Below, one piece after another: positions 13,380 to 26,682 of a stretch of DNA of 64,000 nt. The notes beneath the pieces are model-generated. The model did not search any database. It was not told the origin of the DNA and saw only the letters and a list, made by a program, of their open reading frames with translations. Origin of the DNA: Chlorokybus atmophyticus (taxonomy: Eukaryota > Plantae > Mesostigma and Chlorokybus algae); contig RHPI01003079.1 of the NCBI GenBank assembly GCA_009103225.1, forward strand, positions 90,377 through 154,376. The letters run 5' to 3'. Made by a program: the position numbers and the translations under genes. The stretch's first letter is position 1, and every line of letters starts with the position of its first letter.

Positions 13380-14010
13380 TTCCGGCTTCAGCTCTCTTGT
13401 GGCCAATTTTTTCGCGACCGTAAACCCCAGAAGAAGTTGGACCAAGCGCTATGCGCCGGAGAGTTTGGCGGGGAGTCGGACTGGGTAAATAGAGCTTACC
13501 CAAGCCCCTCGAGTCGAGGGGCGGGCAAGCATAGCCCGCGCGTCGTCTCGAGGGGCGGGGGCATGGCAGAATAGCCGCTCTGGCGAGACGGCAGCAAGCA
13601 GTACGCGTCTCGGTGCGGCGCTTGCGCCCCGACCCGCTGCTGCGCGGCGCCGATCCCCGGCACGCTGCTGTCGGCGGTCAGCGCAGACAGGAAAGGGATT
13701 AGTGATCTACGACCGCTGATCCCTTCTCACGTGATCAGCAATTAATGCGATCTCAGATCGCCAACCCCTTCTCGCACTCTGCTTCTGCCTGGCCTAGGCG
13801 TCGACGAGGTGGTGGTAGGCGTGAGCGCGGGCGGCGGTTGGTCTCAGCGTGAGCACGCGTCGTCCGCCTGGGTAAGTGGGAGTTTGAAGTGGGAGTGGGC
13901 GTGGGCTCGGCATGGGCGTGAGCGCGGCCGTCCGCCTAGGTAGGTGTGGGCTCTGTGTGGGTAACGGCGTGGGCTTTACATGGGCGCGGGCGGTCAGCGT
14001 CAACGTCCAC
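13380..14010. promoter_or_regulatory. GC/CpG-rich island with short palindromes
   Basis: Sharp rise in GC and CpG relative to the TG/CA-rich flanks. Contains CCCCTCGA-G-TCGAGGGG (~13505), GCGATC-TCA-GATCGC and repeated GGCGTGAGCGCGG. Confidence 0.35.
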
Positions 14011-16299
14011 CATGTTGCTAAATCTGATACACATTTGTATGTCCGCGTTCATTACATATGCCCGCATGCGCATGTATGTACTTGCTTTTGCAATAAGTAA
14101 GTGATAGCGATGTTAGAACAGTTGGTTGGCAACTGATAGGCGTGTGTGCGTTCGTTATCTCATGTGTGTGTATGTGTTTGCTTTTGCAATATAAGCTTGA
14201 TTGTCTACTTGCGACAATGATGTAAGAAGGATGTCGTCATATGTGTCATGCAGACATCATGTCTGCGAGACCATTGGCACATCTGAGGTGTTTGACCTCC
14301 GCGCTTGAAGCTTTGGCGGGTAATGGTAGTAATGTCACATGTAGCGGGCCCATTACGCCATCTATCCATCAGCACTCCCTGCAAGAGCTACAGCGCAAAG
14401 CATTGTTAGGAGTCACAGCTGCACGGCATGTAGCGAAGATGAACTTTGCAAAGGTTTTTAAACACCTGCAGTTATCCTGTTCCATATGCATATTTACATG
14501 AGTACGAGTGTACTAACTGCTGTGCATATTATAGGTAGCGTTGCCGGAGTAGATGTTACCAAAGGACTTTACAACTTGAATGATACATGTCGAAGCTATG
14601 CTCTTGTACGCATCTTAGGTGACCGCTCCATTTGAAGACTGTACAGATGAAGAGCCTACTGCACAGCCGCCATCACGTCGGTCGTATTGCTTTGCTAGCG
14701 TAGAGTTGAATTTAGATTAAATAACTGCAAAATAAATTGCCTCACCCTACCAGGCGAGCAGCTTGTTGACAATGCTATGTTGATTGACATTATACTAGAT
14801 GGTACACCTCGGCAAGCAGCAGCAGGTGCGCAACCCGCTGGTGGTACGGATGCTTGCAGGCATAAACGCAAAGCACCTATGCGCACTACACATGCTCCTT
14901 GATGAGACGGTGCAACAAGCAGGGACTTCAGCAAGCGCGTCTGGCTTACAAGCTCTAATGTTGTATGTTATCATCTCGTTCACTATAGCATAGCGTGTGT
15001 ATCCGTTCGTGCTAACAGTGTCTGAAGCAGGATCACGCAGCAGCAGCGGCTTCAAGCGCATGCAGAGCAAAATAAGGCACGTCCTGAGGAAACAGCAAGC
15101 GCATACGGTTAGCGTGTCAAGCAACTCATGTCGAGTTCAGCCAAAGTAACAGTTTATCTAATGAAAAGATATTTATGAATACGTGTTGTTGTTGTTGCGC
15201 ATGTGTTATTGAAACACATGCACAACAACGACAACAACAACAACAACAACACGTATTGTGTGTATTGCGTTTTATAAAAATGGTGTCAAGGGCCTGGCTT
15301 TCGTCCAATTCCGCATGCAGAGCGAGTGGCAGCTTTTCCGTGGTATTGGAAAGATCACGGTATTAGTCGAGCCACGCCTGTACGTGAAATGCATACATGC
15401 TGTGCACAAAGCGCTGTGTACAAGCTGAGTTGATGCAATCTCTAACATGCATTGTGCAGCTTACTTTGTTAACGCTGACCATGAGTATACAAGCGCTGCA
15501 AGATGCAAAGCTGGTTGTAGAAGGTCAATACCACATGAGTTCGACGGGAAGTATTAACGACGTATTCATTGTCATGATAAAGGAAACCATGCCACGCATG
15601 GAAAAACATTGCAGAGAAGAGTATGTGATCATTCGCAATGAGGATAACATAACATGCATATCAATTCGGGTGATAACACATGTTGCTATTGTCACAACAA
15701 TGACAGGCAACATATAGATCCACAGGTGGGCACTATTGCAAACTCATTGATGCATGAAGATTTCTCCAACATATGTGCGCACTTGTACAAAAAAGGGTTT
15801 ACATAAAGCGCACTGAAATGGGTATGTTGGTGTTATGTTGCATACGTTTGTTTATTTTTGAGCTGGTGAGGACTTGCGGCTGATAGCGGATGTGCTGCAG
15901 TGCCATGTGCAAGCTGATGCAACAAGCAATTATGCGTGGAGACGATGCATGACCTCGTAAAGTTGTCCTACTTGTTTCACACGAAGGTGCCAACCACGTG
16001 GTGGGTTCAGACAAGCGCACAAACTTTTGCATCGTGACTCGTGATGAGAACAAGAATCAGGTACATTATGTCATCCGCTACGTGTCTATCTGTGAGCATG
16101 TGATGAATGTTGCCTCTTAACTTCAGTATTGGCGGTGCAGCTGGGCCGCATTAGATATGCTTTTATATTTTGACACATCAACCCCACTTTGTGTGCTATT
16201 GGAGGCATCGCCAAGTACCTATTCCTAGCTACCATGTACTCAACGAGGCCCCACCGGAGTTGTCCATTTTTAGAAATTGGTAAGTGTTTAATGGTGGGG

Positions 16300-16905
16300 G
16301 TCGCTTCACAAGCTCCTAGCTTTCTTACTCACAGTGTTACCAGCTAATCCGGTGAACACTGCGACTACTTATACAAGTCAAATCATCACCGTTCAGCACA
16401 CAAGCTAACGGTCATATCAGGGCTATTCCCACAAGAAACTCCCCCTCGATGTAGGACACAACGTATAATCGATTTCATCATTGCACAGCTACGCGCGGTG
16501 CCTATATAGGTTACGGACATGAGCTAGTCTAAGGTTATGATCTAGCTACTGGTTAATAACGCGCGCGGGCCGGTATGCTGATAGCCCGGGCGAGGGTCTT
16601 GATGTAAGCATGCCCGATGCAGGCTGGCACACGAGATCAGTGGGCATGACAGCTCTGACTTGTGCCCGCAAGCATACCACAACCAATCACACTAAGATCA
16701 CAGCAATAACAAGCACAGCATACAAAAGCATGCACAGGCTGTTACACGGCGAAGGAATTCTTAGCAACCGGGTGGCGTGTTTACAATTGCAGTCCGTTCA
16801 CAAGCTTGTGAATCAGAGCTACTCACTCACAGTGTCACCAGCTGATCAAGGCTGAATGTAGGCATGCTCGTGGAAGGCTGACATGCAAGGACAATGGGCA
16901 TGACA
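16300..16905 (-). mobile_element. Composite non-coding remnant of the DNMT-Gypsy family: internally deleted LTR (16833-16905), ~180 bp leader, full LTR (16335-16651), ~35 bp leader
   Basis: Direct similarity to 2420-2885. Both LTR pieces keep TGT(C/T)ACCAG and GGGCATGACA ends. Confidence 0.75.
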
Positions 16906-17239
16906 ACTTATATTGTACCGTGTTCACGAACGTTAATGAGACAAGACCATGCATGGACTTCATTTGCCAAGCACTACGCATCTCTACTTGGTACGTCTTA
17001 AGTACATAAGGAGCAATCTTGGATACTTCTTTCAGCCATATAATCGTGACAGCGTTGATAATGAACTTTGTTGCTTGTACTCTTACTTAAAGTTGCTGTC
17101 GACCGTACATGGGGCACCAAAACTATATTGTAAGTCATTGTAACACTGCATAGTGCAAATTGGAGTTTTATACTTTATATACAGCAATTGTCTGCAGCAT
17201 GAACAATTATGTTTATGTTGTATGCATTGAAGGTGTGCA

Positions 17240-18610
17240 CTTCAACTCATGGAAACCAACATGCAGTATGGATTTTATTCAACAAACATCTCCGTTTTCA
17301 AGTGCTTCACTAAACTTTGCAAAGTAGTTTATGCTACTTTGCGTTTTTGAGTTCTGCGGCATAGCTTTTAACAACTTCTTTGCAAAGATACCGAATTCCA
17401 TCTTGCCTTGTTGCACAGTCAAGAACGGCAGCGCTGCGCCTCCGTCTCTCCTTGCTGTTGCATGCGCCATAAAACTTCGAGAATGATAGGCTTGCACCTG
17501 TTCCGCAACATATATAATGCGAAGTACGGTTCAAAGCTATCATTGACACCAACAGCTGTTGTAGAGCATGCATTTAAGATGTGTTGTTTCGTACTTGCGG
17601 TTGTAAACATTGACGCGGCTGGACTTGATGTCCGCTTTGCTTGAGCCAATGATGATTTCCATGCCATACTTGGCCATCGGCTTGGCAATTTGCCATGCGG
17701 GCCCTGATATCTAAACTTTTGCCGACTACTACTTGCATGTCAAAGATTGTTGTGTCGATAGCCATGTTGTTGTATGCCCCGTGTTAGTATAAGCAGCAGT
17801 ATGACAATAACTTGCCGGCTTGAGTGCATTGATGTACCTGCAGAGGTAGTTACAATGCGCGTGAAATGGTAACAATCTTGCTCTCGAGTCGTTGCTGGCT
17901 TTTGTTGCGAGACGTTCGACGCCATACGACTCTTCTTTTCCTTGCAAACGCCTTCGTACCCGCATTGTACGCACGGAGCTGCGGGATTTGATGATTGGTA
18001 AAAGGAGCGACGTGCCAAGTGCGATGGCAATGCTGTTGCACCATCGGTATTGCCAGTGCCTACGTAACAAGTTTACGACCATTAAAAAGGTATGTATACT
18101 ATATACGCACTTACACAATTTATACCATCTGCCAGTGCAATCTGTCGTGTGCGTAATGGGCTGATGATAGCTGCATCTGCGTTGCACCTCTCAGCAAACT
18201 CTTCGGCGGTTGGTTGTGTGCTCGACTTGTCCAACAACTCTTTGACTATTGTAAAAATGCCAACCTGCCATTTTTCAAGCCTGCTCACCATATATGTGAA
18301 CTCTGCTTGTGTCGGTTGCATGTGGCCTTCAATTGTACCAGCTCGTTGCAGCTGCACGTGTTGTTGTGCAGCCTCGCGCATCCGTGCAGCAAACTCCAAC
18401 AAGGGTGCACTGCAGCAACAATGTGATAAGATAAAGAAGCGACGGTCATGGTACCTTCAAAACATGTAGACTACCATGTTTACCTGCAAAATAAAGGATG
18501 ACCAGTGTGAGCGTCAAACCCTGGGAATGTGTCTCGTTCCACAGCAGCATCTTGTACCAGAACAATACGCAACATTTTCATGGCTGATGTGCTGAACTTC
18601 ACCTGCAACA
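17240..18610 (-). pseudogene. Decayed multi-exon coding remnant, possibly a MULE-like transposase
   Basis: Broken ORFs with apparent splice sites and only weak MULE-like fragments (RHWQYRW, RNRCKPIILE). The motif order is not convincing. Confidence 0.25.
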
Positions 18611-18639
18611 AGCAATATTTTCAGTCACACAAGAGCAAG

Positions 18640-19560
18640 ACAGGCCCCACAGATGTGAATGCACGCACTCACAACGCAGTCAGCCCCATGCGCGCGCGCA
18701 CGCATGTCCATCGAAGCAGTCACGCGTGACTGGACCAGTCTCAACACATGTGAACGCATGTATGTAGAGACACAAACTCGTGCAATCGCACTCGCAACGC
18801 AGTCAGGCCCACATGCGCGCGCACGCACGCATGCTCACCGAAACAATTAGTCATGCGCTTGGCTGGACCATTCCCACACATGTGAACGCATGTATATTGA
18901 GACACAAACTCGTGCGATTGCACTCACAACGCAGTCAGCCCCACACGCGAGCGTGCGCACGCGCGCGCACGCACGCATGCTCGCACGCATGCCCACCGAA
19001 ACAGTCAGTCATGCGCTTGGCTTGATGAGTCCCGACAAATGTGAACGCATGTACGTAGAGACACATACGCGTGCGATCGCACTCCCAATGCAGTCAGCCC
19101 CACATGTGCGCGTGCGTGTGCATGCGCGTGTTCTACCGAAAAAGGCAGTCATGCGCGCGACCTGAACAGTCCACAGACATGTGAACGTACGAACGTAAAG
19201 ACACACACACGTACGCACAACCAACACAGTCAACCCCACCAGCGCGCACGCATGCACATGCGCACGCGCGTGCGTGCGCATGCGCATACCTGCGTGTCAC
19301 TGAAGTAGCCAGTCCTGCCCTCACAACAATCAAGCCTCGCACATGTGAATGCACGTGTAAACACACACGCACGCACGCACAACGCAGTCAGCCCCACACA
19401 CGCACACGCGCATGCGCACGCATGCGCGTGAGCATGCCACCGCAGCAGCCAGTCATGCATTTAAGTTGAAACGTCAAGCGCATGAGTTGATACCCACGCA
19501 TGTGCACGCACGCACGTACAACCTCTCACCCCCCAGAAGTGAACCCATGTGAGCGCGCAC
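18640..19560. repeat. Imperfect tandem satellite, ~7 units of roughly 95-200 bp, rich in alternating purine-pyrimidine runs
   Basis: Recurring core CATGTGAACGCATGTA..AGACACA..CGTGC.AT.GCACTC.CAA.GCAGTCAGCCCCAC near 18654, 18748, 18880, 19039, 19179, 19343 and 19540. Confidence 0.8.
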
Positions 19561-20575
19561 ACATGCGTGTGTACCTTTGAGGTGGTGAGCCTGTCAAACC
19601 ATGGAAAGAAGCATTGCTGCAAGTCCTCGCTTGGTGTCAAGCAACCTTAACCCACAATATGGTTGCCAGGGTACGGATCAAACCCAGCTAGCATAAGGCC
19701 GATGTCGCGTGTGACATTGCTCATGTACGTCAACGCCACGGACATACGATATGACTCATGCCATCGTCCCGCTTTTGTGACGTCATCTACGCTGATGCTG
19801 CACAATGCCAATTACAGTGCAATAGCAGATATTGCGCCGTAATTGCAACATCAATCAATTGGCACATACCCATGCTGAGCGCAGGTGATCGCTCCGGAAG
19901 GCTAAAACGCATGTAGCACCTTGTAGCAGTGGATGATATGTGCTTTTGATAAATTTGCTATGCGCTTTTGGTTGCAATTGTTGCGTGACGTCACGCGCAC
20001 CGTCGGATAGAAATAAAAAGGTTTTAAACCTACACAAGTACAAGCAAACCCTAAAGCTAAGTCTGCTTTTCATGCATATATGTCTACTTGTGACATCATC
20101 ACCCCCAAGCGACTTGAACTACGAACACGCCGTCCCGGTTATTATGAATCCCCTTATCGCGTGAGAGTTTGTACATGCTCGTGTGCACTGTGCTTGTCAT
20201 TGCTGTGAGCTTGGTGCGCTTAATTGCGGTGTGCTTGTTGGCATCAGTCAGAGAATAGAATCCACGTGTTGCTTGCTCATTCACCTCATTTAACGATGTC
20301 ACACATGTTCCACTTATGCAAAGAACTGTGTAAACAGCACTACCCATAGTAGTGGCTCGTAGACTCACAGTGTCACCCTTTATGCTAAAGTGAGTGTGGT
20401 TGCATTCTGCACATCATAAGTGCAGCTTGCAGTTGGATGCATCCTCGTGCATTATTATTACTGTCATCGCATAATGCGCACAAGCACTCGTGCGTTTAGC
20501 GGTAGCAGCATTGAGATAACTTCGTAGAGCACAAACACTATACCCTTCATACACTTTCACTATCGCATCAGCTGT

Positions 20576-22260
20576 ATGAGTAGGCCCACCCCGTTTTCGC
20601 CAATAGACGAGGGGACCTCAGCAGCTGGAGCCCGACCTCCAACCTCACCTACGAACGAGCAAGTGAAGGAAGCAGTTACCGTAGCAGCAGAGGCTCTCAC
20701 CCCTTCTCCGGCATCACCTCCTCCCACTTCACTCTTTGCCATCAAGCTTCTCCACCTCCTTTGAACAGTGATGACGAAGAAATGGAGCCTTCCAGCTTAA
20801 CCAACGCCTTGCACTTCTCCGGACGCGCGGGCACCACGCCACTTGATGAGGTCATCATCAAGTTCCACTCCAAGATGCGGCAGCAAGCCCTCATGAACAA
20901 GGACTGGTCAAATGAGGTGTCATTCCATATAATGGCTCAGTCTGCCTTAATTATATGAGGCACACGATGTGTGGAAGTTCGTTGGTGAGCTGCACAGAGT
21001 TGATGGCTGTGGCGAGCTTGCCAGCACCATAGCACCTGCACCGACATATAGCTCAGCAGCTGCTGCCCCCCAGCAGCAGTGGTCCCTCCAACCCCAGTCA
21101 CGGGGGGGGCGTTAGCCGCAGCTATGCAACCGGCACAGGACGAAGCAGCCGAGCTGGTTGTTGCCTCGCTAACCCTTGCAAAGGTTGAGGTCAAGAAGGC
21201 TAACTGACGGACCGGAGTGCTTAAGCGCACCGCTGCCATCCTTGAGGCTCAGCAAGCTGTACAACAAGCTGCAGCCTTGGAAACAGGGACACTAGCACCA
21301 CCAACGCCGGGCTCGCATACTCCGGCAGGAGGCCGCTTTTTCATACTTGGCTCGGTGGCCTTGCGAGCACCAGCCATCACCGTTGGTGCTGTCACATCGG
21401 ACTCTCCTCTCAAGGACTTGTACGGGGCACTGCGGCAGACCTTCCCGCCTCAGACCACCAGCAAGGTGGAGGAGTCGCTTTCAACGGAAGCCCAACGAGG
21501 ACCCTCTCCGGCTGTATTCGCGGCTGGAAGGACTACAAAAGGCCATTGATTACAAGATCGTCAATGAGGAGGCAGTCGCAGTGGTGTACGTGGCTGAGTT
21601 GGACCCCATCTTAAGTGAGTCGATGCGCTTAACACAAAATTACAGTAGACCCCTCGGCTACACCCTCAAGGAAGCTTTTGAGATTGCACTAGCCATTCAC
21701 AAGCGTGCGGTGTGTGAGAAGGCAATGTTGGACACTAACCAAGCAGCGTTTCACGTCCCATGGCAAGCGCGAGTGCTGAGCCCCTCGACGAGACCGCAGT
21801 CGGGATGCTCCAGTCACGCGCAACAAGGACAAACGGTCAGCTGATGCTGCCCTTCTTGCTCCAGTGCTGTGCCATTGGTGTGGTCGACATGGGCACTACA
21901 AAAAGGAGTGCACCGAAGTTGTGGCAACCTTGTGTGAGACTATTGCCATAAGACGGGACACTTGGAAGCAGTATGCTGGCTCAAGTTCCCTGAGCTGCGG
22001 TCCACTATTGGCTGCAACAACGGCAACAACGCTGGTGGCTACTGCAACATCAACATCATCAACAACAACAACAACAATAAGAGCGAGGGCTATGACAGCA
22101 GCAACGCTGGTGGCTACAACAACGGCAACAATGCTGGTGGCCACAACCCCAACAACAACAACGCCGGCGCTTAAAAAGAGGGGACTAGCTACGGAGGGAA
22201 GAATTGCCCTCCACAGCACAAGGGACCCGAGGGACGCCCTCGCATTACAGCTACAGCTGT
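20576..22260 (+). pseudogene. gag: Retrotransposon gag with zinc knuckles and an Asn/Gly-rich tract
   Basis: FQRKPNEDPLRLYSRLEGL; CHWCGRHGHYKKEC; a second knuckle CDYCHKTGHLEAVC in another frame; NNGNNAGGY repeats. Confidence 0.8.
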
Positions 22261-24563
22261 GAAAGCATCAACATGTTCACCAGCTGTCGACCAAGTCGCG
22301 GCCCTCATGGCATGAGTGGCCCAACTGGAAGAAGGCAGGGAGCAAAGTTACCAAGCCTGCTACACTGCCCGATGGGCCTTAAGGCACAGAAGCGCAAAAG
22401 AGACACCCCGCCGCCATCGCGTGTTCAACTATTAATACGCGCGCGCAGAGAGGCTGGCGCATCGGCAGCAGCAGTATCGTTGAAAGCCACAAGTGGGGCT
22501 GGCTTGGCGGCCACAACCCTTGCTGGGACGACACCGTCGACAACAACACCTACAGGTGCCGCCAATGCGGATGCACTCAGCACCACATTGGCGCCAGAGA
22601 TGACCGGCACAAAGGCTGCTACAACCATGGCTGGCGAACCCATTGGTGGTTTTGGCACTACACGCGCTACAGCTACATACACTGCACCAGCCACGATTGC
22701 TGCGACGCTCACAGCTGCAACCTCCGTCACCACGATCGCTGCAAGTGCCACCATTAATGCTGCAGTTGATGTTGCCGCAGCTCTGTCATCCCCTACTGCC
22801 ACTGCCACCGTATCATCAGGGGGTCCGCGCGGCCCCTCCTCCGCTCCCAACTGTCACTCACCAAGTGCCACGCGGACTGCAAGCAGAGCAAACTTGGGCG
22901 TCCGTTTTACGCAACATTCAACCCACCACCGCTGCGGACTAGGGGGGCAATGCTCAACGTATGTAGTGCAAGATGATCGCATCCTACCGCTACCATCGCC
23001 CAAATACCATACACTGCCGGAGCCCACCCAACAACAGTTGGAAGATGAGATTCCAGCTGGCACTCCTCCTGAAATGAGGGATCGCCTCTTCAGGGTCACG
23101 TACATTTGCCCTGCTGTGTTGGAGCTGGCAGTTCAGTCGTTTTGGGCGCTGCATGTGAGGATGCAGAACGCACCCGGCCGGTCGCGACAGCCAATGCTAG
23201 CGCAACGGATTGACTTTAAGCCCTTACCGCTAGACTCGCTCAAACTTCAGCATCGCCGAATGCAAGGCCTCATGGTGGCCACCTTAAACATGTAGCTGGG
23301 CGCTGACCCGGCACTCCGTGGACTCACACGGAGGAGTCACCAAGAACGGTTTGCTGCTCTTGAATAGGCACATCGCTATTGGCAGGACCAAGCCGCGCAA
23401 GTGAACGCACGCCGACATGCATACGAAGCAGTACGCGCCGCTGTAGTGCAACCCTCGGGGCCGCCAAATGTCGCCGGCACCTCCACTGCACTTGTCATGG
23501 TGCCACCCACACCAACCACAGTCAGGGCAAGCAATTGTTGCTGACCATGCGAGGGCGTTAGCGCAACAATTGAGGGGGGTAATTGCCCCGCTACTGCCCC
23601 CCTTGGTCGATGGTATGCCCGACGATCATCGGGATGCAGGGCGAGGTTACCTCACCCCACATGGAGACACCACCCAGCGAGGAGGAGCTGATGTGGAAGG
23701 AGAGCAACAACTCCGTATCGCTCTCAAACGGCAAGCAATCATGCTGCACCGTCCTGCGGGTAGTGCATTGAGATAATCGATGGGGATGCGAGAAGGCATC
23801 GCCACTGGAGCGCGACTCGTAACGTGGCTCGTTGCTAATCACCCCGCTGTCCCCATGTTTGCCTTTGACACCAGAGCATCATGGTTGGGGGCGTTCATTC
23901 GCTCGCTGTGGCAAGCATTCGATGAAGCTACCACCACTGCGCCAAACACTCCGGAGGGAGTGCAGGAGGCAATGCTGCGGCTGCCGAGTAGAAGCAGCGC
24001 AGCAACGCCAGCGCAGCGCCATCGCTCACGAGCTACACGAGCAGCAGGCCGACCTTCAAAGCACCATATGGGCGCGCGCCATGACCGTGATCAATGTGGG
24101 CGTGGTGCAAGGCAGGTGGGATGCCTACATGGCAGGGATCTTGCGAGTCCCCACCATCACTCACGATATGCGGCAGTTACTGCGCGCGGTATGCATGCAG
24201 CCCATGCCACAATATCACCATTGGACCGATGTGGACACAGAGCCCACGTGGGAAGGGACATTGGACAGAGAGGCAGCTCATGCCGTCCGATAGACGGACG
24301 CCGCACAGCAAGCTGAACGCGAGGCCGGCCCGCAAACACCGGGTCTGCCGGGCTTTTTTCAACAACCATTGGGGACGCCGTCAGGCATGACCCCAGCCTC
24401 TCAAAGGCGGCATCCTCCATTACCTCCACCACAGCCAGCACCAAAATCCCTGGCGCAAAAGCCTCCTCGTGTCTACCAACCACCACAACAAGGTCGATTT
24501 GGTAGAGGGAGAGGACAAGGAGGGGGTTGTCAAGACTCAGCAGACTGAGGTGCTCTGGCTGCG

Positions 24564-24896
24564 ATGCACTTAGCACCTTCAGCTGAGAGACATGGGGCAC
24601 CGGTGCCGACAACCCACACCAAGAGGCTACGCAACAACGCTAACAATGCTATGGTAGCCAACCAAGGCAAACATGTAACCATCAACGGCCTGGCACCCAA
24701 GCGGGTGATGCTGGACACCAGAGCACAGCCATTCATCATTGAGCGCTTCCTCCCGCGGTCATTTGGCATAATCAGCTCGGACCTGATGCCATGTCTATAT
24801 GTATTGGACACAGCAACAAGAAGCCATAACAAGGTGATGGGGGTTACCAAGGAGGCATTCTGCAGTCCGCTGACAGGGCTGGACTCACACTATTAA
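24564..24896 (+). pseudogene. Retroviral-type aspartic protease domain
   Basis: VTINGLAPKRVMLDTRAQPFII matches the LDTGA-type catalytic motif, at the expected position before pol. Confidence 0.65.
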
Positions 24897-25435
24897 GATC
24901 GTTCAGCAATGCGTGGTCTCCAACGCTAGCTCCTTCGATTCTCTTTGCTTGAACGAGACTTCAACTTCCCCGTGGGCATGGGCCTTGACTGCTGAAAAGA
25001 GCGGGCGTTGTTCCGACCACAATAGGATGAAGATGACGGAGAGGTACAGGGCTAGCTCTCGAGTTGGTGTCACGCACGCGTGCCCAACGCAAAGTGGTTG
25101 CCGCAACCACACGTAGTCACGTGCCCTTACGGGAGGCTGCATCAGCCACATATGACAGCGCCCGCACAAACGCCGCTGCCGTCGCAGCAGCCCCTTGCCG
25201 CGCAGGCAACTCCGCTCCCAACTTTTACACCGAGGAGCAGGAGGATGCAACTGTACAGATGGCATCACAAGACCCGAACGAACGCCGTTAGCGTGTACAG
25301 GTGGATGCGCACTTTTTGCCGACCCAGCCACTAATCACTTCGCGCTTCCACAACCACAAGGGACACGGTAAGGTGCAAGACCAGCACATGGTAGCCATTA
25401 GAGTCATGGAGTTCCATACCTTTCGGTGGCAGCAG

Positions 25436-26400
25436 GGCGTCACGGTGTTGGAATTGCTCGGAGGCATCGGCAGTGGTCTTGCCGCGGTCCTCAATATAGG
25501 TGTTAAAGTCATTGAATATTATTATTGCAACCCTGACCCGCGCGCTCAAGCAGCCCTTAAGCACATCTGCGTCAGCTGCACGAGCGTCATCGATAGCAAT
25601 TGCCGTCGTCGGCACGACAAAGCAGCCTCAAGGCATTGCCACAAGACATTTGACTAATCACAGAGGACCACTTGTTGTCCCTCGGCAACATCGACTTGTT
25701 GTTTGCTGAATGGGAGTGCCAAGGACACTCAAGGGCAAGGGAAGGTCGCGGCCTTGACGACCCTCGCTCATGTTTGTTTTGGGAGTTCATGAGAGTCATC
25801 CACCTCTTTCAACAACACCAGATCTCCAGGTTAGAGTACATCAACGAGAACATGCACTCAGAGGACGACAAGCGTCCCCATGTAGCCTCCACCTGCCGGC
25901 AGGTGTGCTCCATTTTTGGGCATCCACTCAAGGTGAACGCAGCGTGCCATAGATCCCATGCACATCGCGTCCGCGCCAAGTGGACAAACTTGGCCACTAC
26001 ACAAGAGCTGATGACAGCAGAGTACACGCGCAATACACGGCCATGCAACCTGTTGCTCGATGACACCCTCGACCCCGACCATAGAGCTTAACCCATCACA
26101 GGTTTTGACCACAGCCACTTCTACCAGTGCAATCAACCTGGGCAACCGCGCCGCGCAATTTCCACGTTGGTGTCCTACCTAGGGTCCTATGGTTTCCACA
26201 ATGGAGGCGATGGCATTATATTCGACACCACGACGGGCAAGCTAAAAGAACCGAACGCACGTGAGCGCGAACGCGCCATGGGGTTCTTTCCCACGAGTAT
26301 CACGGGGTCCCCACTGATCGACAGTCAACAAAGTCAGCTGCTCGGCCGCGCCATGGACCAAAACTGCATGATCTGGGTGCTGAAGCTGAGCTTCGCAATG
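25436..26400 (+). pseudogene. DNMT3-like C5-cytosine DNA methyltransferase domain embedded in Gypsy pol
   Basis: Motif I VLELLGGIGSGL; II YYYCNPDP; III LPQDI; IV IDLLFAEWECQGHS..GRGLDDPRSCLFWEF; VI YINEN; VIII NAACHRSHAHRVRAKWTN; IX-X EPNARERERAMGF, LLGRAMD. Confidence 0.9.
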
Positions 26401-26682
26401 CAGGACCGCCATGTGTCCTTTGAGAATCTCGCACACCTGGCTGGAGGGTGGGCTAATTGCGTTGAAGACACCAAGGCAGCGCACACAACCCTCGAGGTGG
26501 CTCACATGGAGGAGCAAGCAGCAGTGGTAGTGGAAGACATCTTAATGGTTGTTAATGCAACATCATGGGACCACGCCATCGGCCCTCTTGCCACGGAGCA
26601 CACACGAGGGAAGCTGAAGGCTTCCTTCAACAGGTGGAAGAGCTAATTCAGCTTCAACGTATAGAAGCTGGGTACATGTTCA

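Noticed and set aside
18640-19560. CRISPR-like periodicity
   Set aside because: Units are long and degenerate, lack unique spacers, and the context is eukaryotic with no cas genes.
20046-20056. AAACCCTAAA telomere-like unit (similar at ~44315)
   Set aside because: Single copies only; expected by chance.
19592-20095. TGTCA...TGACA segment as the 5' LTR of the DNMT-Gypsy
   Set aside because: No similarity to the family LTR at 2581-2885, no second copy and no TSD.
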